Source: Octopus sinensis
Taxonomy: Eukaryota
Length of the DNA stretch: 10,582 bases
Direction: 5' to 3'
Assembly: GCF_006345805.1 (NCBI RefSeq)
Contig: NW_021827348.1
Coordinates: 1-10,582 of the forward strand
Below the pieces are notes generated by a model. It worked only from the letters and a program-made list of their open reading frames with translations. It was not told the DNA's origin and made no database searches. Every line of letters starts with the position of its first letter. The stretch's first letter is position 1. Below are positions 1 through 8,123 of the stretch, piece by piece. The position numbers and the translations under genes are program-made.

Positions 1-596
1 TAATGTAGACCTAGCTTCCGTACATATAGAAGAAAATTTGATGATCACATCACGGCCGGAATGTTTTTGATCAAAGGCTCTGCTTCATCAAAGCGAACCA
101 CGGGCTAAACACGAGCTGAACATGCAGTATCAACGGCAGTGTGCACCATTATTCTAGGTTACACAGACACAAACAGGCTGTCCACATTCCTGGGTCTCAC
201 TTTTAAAAGTTGAACACACCTCTGTGGTGACATATTTTTCAAGTTGTGTTCCGTGCGCGCAATAATGTGAGAGCGACAAGTAGAGAGAGAGAAACAGTGT
301 GATGAAAGAGTGCACGTGTGATGAGAGAAAAAGAGAGAGAGAAAGAGAGGAAGAGAACGAAAGAGGGAGAAAGAGAGGGAGGTAACGAGGGGAAGGAAGC
401 GGTGTGCGTGTGAGTGTTAAGTGACTTTCTACATTACGTCACATCCTAAAACTGTATTCTGCGTGTGTGCTACCTTTCACCTATATGCCTCTGTGTGTGT
501 GTGTGTGTGTGTGGTATGTATGTATATACGTCTGTGTATTGTAATATGTGTATGTGCAAGTCTCTCACTCTGCCTCTCTCTTTCAATATATATATA

Positions 597-964
597 CTCT
601 TTACTCTTTTACTTGTTTGACTGTGGCCATGCTGGGGCACCGCCTTTTAGTCGAGCAAATCGACCCCATGACTTATTCTTTGTAAGCCTGTATTTATTCT
701 ATCGGTCTCTTTTGTCGAACCGCTAAGTTACGGGGACGTAAACACACCGGCATCAGCTGTCAAGCGATGTTGGGGTGACAAGCAGACACACACATACATA
801 TACATATATACGACAGGCTTCATTCAGTTTCCGTCTACCAAATCCACTCACAAGGCTTTTCTCGGCCCGAGGCTATAGTAGTAGACACTTGCCCAATGTG
901 CCACGCAGTGGGACTGAACCCGGAACCATGTGTTTGGGAAGCAAGCTTCTTACCACACAGCCAC
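597..964 (-). mobile_element. SINE family A, near full-length copy (tRNA-derived head, internal CA/TA microsatellite, GTAAAAGA-repeat tail)
   Basis: Colinear with the copies at 6410-6804 and 10157-10525. The minus strand starts GTGGCTGTGTGGTAAGAAGCTTGC (A-box-like), contains GGGTTCAGTCCC (B-box-like) and ends ...CAAGTAAAAGAGTAAAAGAG. Confidence 0.9.
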
Positions 965-1185
965 GTCTGTGTATGTATATATGTATGTACGTAATATATA
1001 TGTGTGTGTAAATCTCTCTTTCTATATATATGGATATATGTGTGTGTGTGTAGGTATGTATCAATGTTTCTATTTGTTGGTGTCTATACCTGTATGTGTG
1101 TGTGTGTCTTTATGTAAGTATGTAGTTACGTATGTATATATGTATGTATGTATTTATGTATGTATGTATGTATGTATGTATATTT
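965..1185. repeat. Compound TG/TA/TATG microsatellite, degenerate, ending in a purer (TATG)n run
   Basis: Directly visible simple repeats; the (TATG)n run spans about 1127-1182. Confidence 0.85.
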
Positions 1186-1191
1186 TTTTAT

Positions 1192-1714
1192 CCTTTTTCT
1201 TGTTTCACTCAGTTGACTGCGGCCATGCTGGAGCACCGCCATGAAGGGTTTTAGTCGAACCAATCGACTCCAGGACTTTCTTTTATGCCTGGTAATTATT
1301 CTATCGGTCCGTTTTACCGAACCGCTAAGTTATGGGAGACATAAACACACCAACATTGGTTGTCAAGCGGTTGTGGATGTCAAACACAGATACAATGACG
1401 CACACACATACATACACACATACATACACACACACATACATACATACATACATACATACATACATACATACATACACACACATACATACATACATACATA
1501 CGTACATACATACATACATACACACATACATACATACATACATACATACATACATACATACATACATACATACATACATACATACATACATACATACGTA
1601 CATACATTCATACACACACGTGCACACATGTATATACGACGGGCTTCTTTCAGTTTTCACCTACCAAATCCACTCACAATGCTTCTTTGGTCGGCCCGAA
1701 GCTATAGAAGGCAC
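1192..1714 (-). mobile_element. SINE family A, 5'-truncated diverged copy with a hugely expanded internal microsatellite
   Basis: Tail half (TTGACTGCGGCCATGCTGGAGCACCGCC...) lies at about 1192-1400. Head half (CGACGGGCTTCTTTCAG...GGTCGGCCCGAAGCTATAG) lies at about 1635-1714. The A/B-box region is missing. Confidence 0.85.
1401..1619. repeat. (CATA)n tetranucleotide microsatellite, about 220 bp, inside the SINE
   Basis: Directly visible. It produces the HTYI/MYVC pseudo-ORFs. Confidence 0.97.
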
Positions 1715-1751
1715 CAGCATCTTGGCGTCGTGTCCCTTTACAATATTTTCA

Positions 1752-1812
1752 GGTCGGCTCAAATCGTGTGAAGGAAACTTGATAGACGGAAACTGTGAGA
1801 GGAGAACCTATC
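1752..1812 (+). mobile_element. Highly degenerate family A SINE fragment
   Basis: Exact TAGACGGAAACTG match (1783-1795) to the family A head-half, with loose similarity on either side. Confidence 0.4.
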
Positions 1813-1963
1813 GAATGGATTGTCTCAGTATTTCAAAGGATTATCCCGTGTCACGCAGTAACTGCTTAGAAATTATGTTCGGTGTCAAACGTCTGGCAGG
1901 TTTTAAGTATCTGTAGAGAACTCGGTCATATAATAATTTCAATGAGAAAAATCTCTTAGTTAA

Positions 1964-2011
1964 TCTTCAGTCGCGTTCTACGAAGAGTTCTTCTTAGAAC
2001 GCGACTGAAGA
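1964..2011. repeat. 48-bp near-perfect palindrome (hairpin)
   Basis: TCTTCAGTCGCGTTCTA (1964-1980) is the exact reverse complement of TAGAACGCGACTGAAGA (1995-2011). An inner GAAGA/TCTTC pair (1982-1986 with 1989-1993) extends the stem after one mismatch. Confidence 0.95.
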
Positions 2012-2496
2012 CACATTTGATTGATTGTATATTTAAGCATCCGTCTATTCGGGAACTTGTTCTAACTTTCTTCTCTATCAATTCATTTAGCTAGACTGCT
2101 AGCTATTTATATATATATAAATACTTATATATTTATATTTATAAACAACATTTATGTTAATATATATATATATATAGCTATCCACTTGTCTATCCTTTTG
2201 TTTTCTCTCGATATATCCGTTTATCTCAGCCGGAAAGCTAATCGTCCGTCTAGAGCGACGGGACCCATTTAAATCTTTAATTATCTACGTATTCCCTATT
2301 CAGGAACTTATCTAAATTTCTTTTCATTTATCTATCAACCTATCTACCTATATACATATATATAAATAGCCATCTATCTGTCCGTCTATCCACTTATTTT
2401 CGTCTGTCCAACATATCCGTGTCTCCATATTTATCCCTCTCTAACTTAACAGATATTCAACAAGTTAACTTCTTTCAAAATTTCACACGTTTTCAC

Positions 2497-2502
2497 AAAC
2501 AC

Positions 2503-2546
<44 letters not shown>

Positions 2547-2600
2547 ATACTCACACACACACCACACACACACACACACACACCACACACACACACACAA
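2497..2600. repeat. (CA)n microsatellite, interrupted
   Basis: Directly visible. Confidence 0.95.
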
Positions 2601-2679
2601 AGACACAAGTAAAAGAAACGACACAACACACACCTCTCTACTTTCTTCCATAGTCTAACTTATTTATAAACCACCTTCA

Positions 2680-3139
2680 CCTCGTACTATCTCTTTCTAT
2701 CCCTCGCACTCTCTCTTTTTTTTCTCTTATATTCCTCCTTCTCTCTCTCCTTCTTGTCTCTGACTCTGTCTGTCAGTTACTCTCTCTTTCTCTTTCTCTC
2801 TCTCTCTCTCTCTCTATCACGCTCTCACTTTGTCTCTTTTGCTAAGTGTTCCTTCCTTTCTGCAGTCAACTCTCTAATTAAACCATTCTTTTTCTATTCC
2901 TCTTATCTCCCACCAACACTTGACTCTACCTCCCTCTCTCTCTCTCTTTGCCTCTCTTACCCCTCTACCGCTCTCTTTCTCCCCCCCTCCCTCTGTCTCT
3001 CTGTTAATCTGTCTCTCTCACCTTTTCTCTCTCCCTCTCTGCATCTACTGATACATCCTCTTTCAAAGCTATTTCGGTTGTCTTTCTCTCTATCAATTCT
3101 TTGTACCACCCTCTCTATCTTTCACTCACTCCTTCACTT
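2680..3139. repeat. Pyrimidine-rich low-complexity tract with (CT)n runs
   Basis: The plus strand is strongly C/T-biased with many CT dinucleotide runs. The SLSL-type ORF is an artefact of this. Confidence 0.85.

Positions 3140-3218
<79 letters not shown>
3140..3218. repeat. Perfect (CTAT)n microsatellite
   Basis: Directly visible. Confidence 0.97.
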
Positions 3219-3219
<1 letters not shown>

Positions 3220-3334
3220 CCCTCTATACTACTTATCCTCTCCTAGTTTTTTTTTATCACTCTCTTTATCATTTACTTGTCATCCTGCTACTACGATTCT
3301 GTTGATGGAGACAAGAGACTTGTATACATACATG

Positions 3335-3339
<5 letters not shown>

Positions 3340-3386
<47 letters not shown>

Positions 3387-3403
3387 CCTGGTCGGTCACG
3401 GTG

Positions 3404-3439
<36 letters not shown>
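3340..3439. repeat. (AT)n microsatellite interrupted by a 23-bp inverted copy of the adjacent SINE tail
   Basis: Directly visible. The interruption at 3383-3405 is the reverse complement of 3440-3462. Confidence 0.93.
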
Positions 3440-3711
3440 ATCACCGTGACCGACCAGGCTATCAGATGTTGCTACACATCGCTGGTCACAATGCACTTCA
3501 AATGACGCCACTCCGCTGGCTAAGCGAGCAGGCCAACAGAAGAAAGAGTGAAAGAAAGTTGCGGCGAAAGACTACAACAGGGATCGCCACCACCCCCTGC
3601 CGGAGCCTCGTGGAGCTTTTAGGTGTTTTCGCTGAATAAACACTCACAAAGCTCGGTCTGGGAATCGAAACCGCGAGTCCGCTGCCCTAACCACTGGGCC
3701 ATTGCGCCTCC
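3440..3711 (-). mobile_element. SINE family B (tRNA-derived head)
   Basis: The minus strand begins GGAGGCGCAATGGCCCAGTGGTTAGGGCAGCGG. A-box TGGCCCAGTGG is at 3701-3691 and B-box-like GGTTTCGATTCC is at 3672-3661. The element ends ...GATAGCCTGGTCGGTCACGGTGAT in (AT)n. The A-B spacing (about 19 nt) is shorter than in a tRNA, suggesting an internal deletion. Confidence 0.8.
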
Positions 3712-3780
3712 GCACACACACACACACACACACCACACACACACACACATATATACATATACATGAGAGAGAGAGAGATT
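3712..3780. repeat. (CA)n-(TA)-(GA)n compound microsatellite
   Basis: Directly visible. Confidence 0.85.
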
Positions 3781-4218
3781 AATATACATCCATACATAAC
3801 AGTTATATACACACAGTCACTGATACACACATACTGACACAGACACATTAACACAAACACAGAGAAACATATACATACGTCAGACGACAGCTTTACTTCA
3901 CCTTGCGCTACACTTACATCTTATGGGAGCGGAATGTCGTCTCTAGTGACAGCAGAGCAAAAACTTTTCGTTAGAGCAATCGTCTACACTTATAAACACA
4001 CATATGCTTACATATACACAAATTTATATACGTTCTCAGTCATATATATATATAATCTATATATATATATATGTACTTATGCACACACACTTAAGCGCAT
4101 TTTATTTTCACATACCAAATATACAACCCTCAACTGTTGCAGGTTACACTCAACCTGGATGGGTCCCACTCAAATACCTCGGCTGTACTCTGACCTTTGA
4201 GAAGCGAGGTGTCTTACG

Positions 4219-4566
4219 TGATTATTCAACCTGTTAGAAATGGCAGTCAAATCTCTCTTAATTTACAACCTGTAGGCTTTTGAAAACCAAAGGAACTCAG
4301 AGTAATGTAGTTTTAGATATATTGTGTCTGAATTGAGAGAGGAGGAGTTGTCTGCGTGCTCATTCGACCTGTTAAAAACAGCAGCCAAAACCCCCCTCTG
4401 ATTACAGCCGAATAGACTTAAAAAAGAAAGGAATTTAAGAGTTGTGGAATCTTGTGTAAGTCTTAGATATATCACGTCTGAATAGAAATCAGGATAGTCA
4501 CGTCTGAAACATATTTGATCACAGATATACTGGACCAGGGCTAACCTGGACTAAACAAACAACAAA
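4219..4566 (+). mobile_element. Old degenerate interspersed repeat (possible SINE) with an internal duplication of about 39 bp and a CAA-rich tail
   Basis: 4219-4257 and 4357-4395 align at about 29/39 (CAACCTGTTAGAAATGGCAGTCAAA vs CGACCTGTTAAAAACAGCAGCCAAA). The region ends CTAAACAAACAACAA. Resemblance to an octopus repeat is from memory only. Confidence 0.35.
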
Positions 4567-4599
4567 AATATTTCTCACTGTGCTTATTCTTTCCACTTT

Positions 4600-4943
4600 A
4601 CCTTAGTTTACCATCCTACTCTCTACTTATCCTCTTGTCTATCTCACACTATCCCCCCCTTTACTCCCTTGCTCTATGCCTTCATTTCTACTCATCTCGT
4701 TTTATCTCTCTCTCTTTTCCTCTCTTGCTCTTTCACATTCCCCCCTCTCTCTCTCTTCTACCTTTCACATAATTTTTCCCTACAACACCTCCTACCTCAC
4801 TTAACCTCTCGCTACACCCCTCATGGTCTAAAGCGCTTCTGTATTCCTCCATCTTTTTTTTTGTTGTTGTTTAAACAACTTCTATTGTATTCTCTCCTGT
4901 AGTACTTTGTACTATTTCTTCCATTCCTCACCATATCTATCTG

Positions 4944-4998
<55 letters not shown>

Positions 4999-5021
4999 GT
5001 CTGTCTGTCTGTCTGTCTATA

Positions 5022-5078
<57 letters not shown>

Positions 5079-5096
5079 GTCTGTCTGTCTGTCTAT
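4600..5096. repeat. Pyrimidine-rich tract followed by compound (CTAT)n/(CTGT)n microsatellite (4935-5096)
   Basis: Directly visible. Confidence 0.9.
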
Positions 5097-5111
5097 TTAA
5101 ATATAGATATA

Positions 5112-5345
5112 TAATGTTTCACTTGTTTCAGTCATTGGATTGCGGCCGTGCTGGGGCACCGCCTTGAAGAATTTTTAATCGGATGAACCACCCCTCACCC
5201 TCCAGTACTACCCCGCCCCCTTCTTATTTTCTAATGCGCTGGTACTTATTCTATCAGTCTTTTACCGAATTGCTAAGTCACGTAGATGTATACATACCAA
5301 TAACAGTCATCAGGAGGTGGTGGAGAACAGACACAAAGACACACG
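5112..5345 (-). mobile_element. SINE family A, diverged tail half
   Basis: CTTGTTTCAGTCATTGGATTGCGGCCGTGCTGGGGCACCGCC...GGTACTTATTCTATCAG...GCTAAGTCACG matches the family A tail half, with a C-rich insertion near 5190-5225. Confidence 0.8.
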
Positions 5346-5353
5346 CATATACA

Positions 5354-5880
5354 TCTATATATATGGATCTTTTCGGTTTGAACGGCAGTTTTTTAAAATA
5401 ATTTCCACGTAACTAAACACTTTTAAACTTCGTATACTGGTAGAATATATTTATAAAACATCTTTTTCTCTTGGCTTTATTTAGAAAATTCTATAGTTTG
5501 TAAGATATTTGTTGTTTTTTCTTCAATTTCTGCAATTTCAACCAATCAATGACGTCCATTGAGGTAAAAAACATTCTGTGCCGTATGAATATGTCCCTCG
5601 TTTAAGAAACAGATTGGGTTTATTTACATTTGGGAAGAAAAAAGATACCCTTCCCCCACTCCTAACCCTAACCCTAAAACATTGAAATGCAATAGATCGA
5701 TACTAGGGTCATAATTATGGGTGACAATTTCATGTGACACCGCTAGAAAAAACTGCCGTTCAAACCGAAAAGATCCCTATATATAAAAAATTCTTTGTCC
5801 CTGTTTCTCTGTCTGTCTATTCCCTATGCATTCTCAAACGGCTCGACCAAATCAAATCAAATTTTACAAGGTAATAGTAT
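5354..5880 (+). mobile_element. Probable non-autonomous Helitron-like 5' end, split by a MITE
   Basis: Removing the MITE gives A|TCTATATATATATAAAAAATTCTTTGTCCCTGTTTCTCTGTCTGTC...TCAAACGGCTCGACCAAATCAAATCAAATTT. This resembles the TC(TA)n-CTGT-repeat-AACGGCT..ACC..T layout I associate with invertebrate non-autonomous Helitrons. No 3' hairpin-CTRR end was found, so the end coordinate is approximate. Confidence 0.45.
5364..5777. mobile_element. 414-bp MITE with 30-bp perfect TIRs and TA TSD (Tc1/mariner-superfamily-like)
   Basis: GGATCTTTTCGGTTTGAACGGCAGTTTTTT (5365-5394) is the exact reverse complement of 5747-5776. TA flanks lie at 5362-5363 and 5778-5779, and the terminal base pair 5364/5777 is mismatched. 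The interior is non-coding, with CCTAACCCTAACCCTAA at 5661-5677. Confidence 0.88.
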
Positions 5881-6148
5881 CAGATCCCGCGAGTGACAAC
5901 ATGTAAATTTTTTTTTTTTTCATTTGGATTAAAACAATATAACATTGGCACTGGTTCGGTATCACGTGTTGAAAGTCAAAGAATAAGATCTATATTGTAA
6001 TGTGATATAATATTGTTTCACTTTTATTCTTTCATATTTAATTCTAATGTAATAACACTAGCATCATCTTAATTCTATTATATTTACGAAACTTTTCCAA
6101 AATCAGTAAACGCATGCTGCAGCACATCAAATGGAGCCTCAAGACAAG

Positions 6149-6230
6149 CGGGTTCAGTGGCACGTGAGGCCGACCAAAGCCTTGTGAGTGGATCAGGTAG
6201 TTGGAAACTGAAAGAAGCCCGGCGTATATA
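6149..6230 (+). mobile_element. SINE family A, deleted head half of a host copy whose tail half is at 6865-7078
   Basis: CGGGTTCAGT..GGCAC..GGCCGACCAAAGCCTTGTGAGTGGATCAGGTAGTTGGAAACTGAAAGAAGCCCGGCGTATATA matches the family A head half, with deletions. Confidence 0.75.
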
Positions 6231-6390
6231 TATTTTTTCTTTCCTTGTTTTTTCTGTGTCCCTTTCTGTAGAAGAGCGTAGTCTCGAAACGTAAAAGACT
6301 TTTCTATTCCTGAGCGTTATACTAATACATCTGTTTGTTTTGTACACCACGTGTCTTCGTCTTTTGTTTTTTTCGTAAACTCTCCATATA
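6231..6390 (+). mobile_element. Probable Penelope-like element (PLE) terminal-repeat fragment inserted in (AT)n
   Basis: A T-rich segment bounded by TATATA on both sides. It contains the CTGNAGA-N-stem-GAAACGT motif typical of PLE pseudo-LTR hammerheads. No coding remnant is visible. Confidence 0.5.
6258..6299 (+). ncRNA. Minimal type I hammerhead-ribozyme-like motif with a variant core
   Basis: Stem I is CTTT (6262-6265) with AAAG (6294-6297). The core is CTGTAGA (6266-6272), where canonical CUGANGA has A6 replaced by U. Stem II is GAG/CTC (6274-6276 with 6283-6285). These are followed by GAAA (6286-6289), a palindromic ACGT stem III (6289-6292) and a GUA cleavage triplet (6291-6293). Confidence 0.5.
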
Positions 6391-6409
6391 TATATTATAT
6401 ATATATATA

Positions 6410-6801
6410 CTCTTTTACTCTTTTACATGTTTCAGTCATTTGACTGCGGCCATGCTGGAGCACCGCCTTTAATCGAGCAACTCGATCCCGGGACTTATTC
6501 TTTTGTAAGCCCAGTACTTATTCTATCGATCTCTTTTGCCGAACCGCTAAGTAACGGGGACATAAACACACCAGCATCGGTTGTCAAGCAATGCTAGGGG
6601 GACAAACACAGACACACAAACACACACACGCATATACATATACATATATACGACGGGCTTCTTCCAGTTTCCGTCCACCAAATCCACTCACAAGGCTTAG
6701 GTCGGCCCGAGGCTATAGTAGAAGACACTTGCCCAAGGTGCCACACAGTGGGACTGAACCCGGAACCATGTGGTTGGTAAACAAGCTACGTACCACACAG
6801 C

Positions 6802-6804
<3 letters not shown>
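6410..6804 (-). mobile_element. SINE family A, near full-length copy nested antisense in another family A copy
   Basis: Colinear with the other copies, from the CTCTTTTACTCTTTTAC tail to the ...ACCACACAGCCAC head. Confidence 0.92.
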
Positions 6805-6838
<34 letters not shown>

Positions 6839-6880
6839 GTGGGGGTGTGTGAGGGAGAGTGTATGTGTGTGTGTGTGTGC
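6805..6880. repeat. (AT)n followed by (GT)n microsatellite (internal microsatellite of the host SINE)
   Basis: Directly visible. Confidence 0.85.
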
Positions 6881-7078
6881 CTTTGTGTTTGTCCTCACCA
6901 ACGCCACCATTTGACAACTGGTGTTGGTGTATTTACGTCCCAAAAGAGAGCGATAAAATAAGTACCAGGCTTTAAAAAAACCAGCACTGAGATCGATTCA
7001 TTCAACTAAAAATTCTTCAACGTGGTGCACCAGCATGGCCGCAGTCTAATAACTGTAACAAGTAAAAGATAAACGATA
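6865..7078 (+). mobile_element. SINE family A, diverged tail half of the host copy
   Basis: TGTGTTTGTCC...TTGACAACTGGTGTTGGTGTATTTACGTCCC...ATAAGTACCAGGC...GGTGCACCAGCATGGCCGCAGTC...CAAGTAAAAGATAAACGATA. Confidence 0.82.
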
Positions 7079-7427
7079 CTAGTATGTTACCTGCCATATG
7101 ACGGATAAGTTTGGAAACGCTCTTTTTGCCACTGTGGTAAACATCAGAAATTGTGGTATAAAAACAATAAGTGTAGTTTAACTTTTTTTGTGATATTTCT
7201 TGGTGGTTTTTCGAAATGATGAAATGAGCTCAAATTTTTAAAATTAAATTAATCAAATTTCATATTTTTTTATATTTCAAAATAAATATATGTTATGTAA
7301 TATGGTGTTTTTCTGCATTTTATCAGCATAGTTGTAATCTATTCCATCGAAAGCTTATCTCTGTAAAATTTCATTGAAAAAATGTATATTCTTCAGAAAG
7401 TTATAATTATCGAAATAGGTGCTGGCC

Positions 7428-7428
7428 T

Positions 7429-7469
<41 letters not shown>
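7428..7469. repeat. (CT)n microsatellite
   Basis: Directly visible. Confidence 0.95.
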
Positions 7470-7472
<3 letters not shown>

Positions 7473-7619
7473 GTGTGCATGTAAATGCATGTAAAAAGTC
7501 ATTGACCTCTTGTAGTTACGGACTATTAGAGGTCATTAAAAATTATTGTTACATAATATATATTTCACTCTGTTACGTGATGGAGTATATATTGTTTATG
7601 CGAATGCTTACAATTTACT

Positions 7620-7674
7620 ATGTGTGTGTGTGTGTGTGTGCGTATGTGTATACGTGTGTGTGTGTGTGTGTGTA
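7620..7674. repeat. Interrupted (TG)n microsatellite
   Basis: Directly visible. Confidence 0.95.
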
Positions 7675-8123
7675 TATGCTTAAACAATATGTTATCCTTT
7701 AGTTATGTGGACAAAAGAAACTCCACAGCATTCTCAAGTCATATATAGTGTTTGAAAGAATACAGTGATGACAACCTGAATAGATCTTCGTCTACACTGA
7801 ACATCAGCGACAGGTAGGACCGTCTAAGCAGTACTATAGGCCCCTGGACAAACCAATACACTGGGCCCTATAGTATATATTTAGTGATAGCAAGTCACAA
7901 CACATAAATTTCAATTGAACCCCTAGTGTCACAAAACACTTCAGGTAACTGACCAGTGTGTCCAGAACGCAGAGAGCTGGAACATTTATCACAGTTTATG
8001 CTAGCCGATGCTCTAAGGAATCCACTGTTAGTTCCCACCAGAAGGCGCCTTCTGTGTCACACGAATCTCACTGAGAACTATGTTATGGTTATGTGTGTCT
8101 GTGGAGTGCTCAGCCGATTTGTA

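Noticed and set aside
421-1916. Overlapping ORFs with HTYI, MYVC and VCVC repeats (up to 194 aa)
   Set aside because: They are stop-free readings of (CATA)n/(TG)n microsatellites and SINE sequence, open in several frames on both strands.
1935-2011. CTGAAGA boxes at the palindrome ends as further hammerhead cores
   Set aside because: The plus strand has no downstream GAAA. The minus strand has a GAAA but no G-C closed stem II and no matching stems I/III.
2754-3639. SLSL/IYLS/YIYI ORFs of 80-183 aa
   Set aside because: They arise from (CT)n, (CTAT)n and (AT)n tracts plus the antisense of SINE family B.
3640-3711. tRNA-like sequence as a true tRNA gene
   Set aside because: The A-B box spacing is too short, there is no intact anticodon arm, and it continues into a SINE body and tail.
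3882-3942. 8-bp inverted repeat AGACGACA/TGTCGTCT
   Set aside because: Too short to exceed chance in 10 kb, with no TSD or extended pairing.
4472-4508. 11-bp direct repeat TCACGTCTGAA (4472-4482, 4498-4508) as a TSD
   Set aside because: It flanks only 15 bp with no element features, and is more simply a small tandem duplication.
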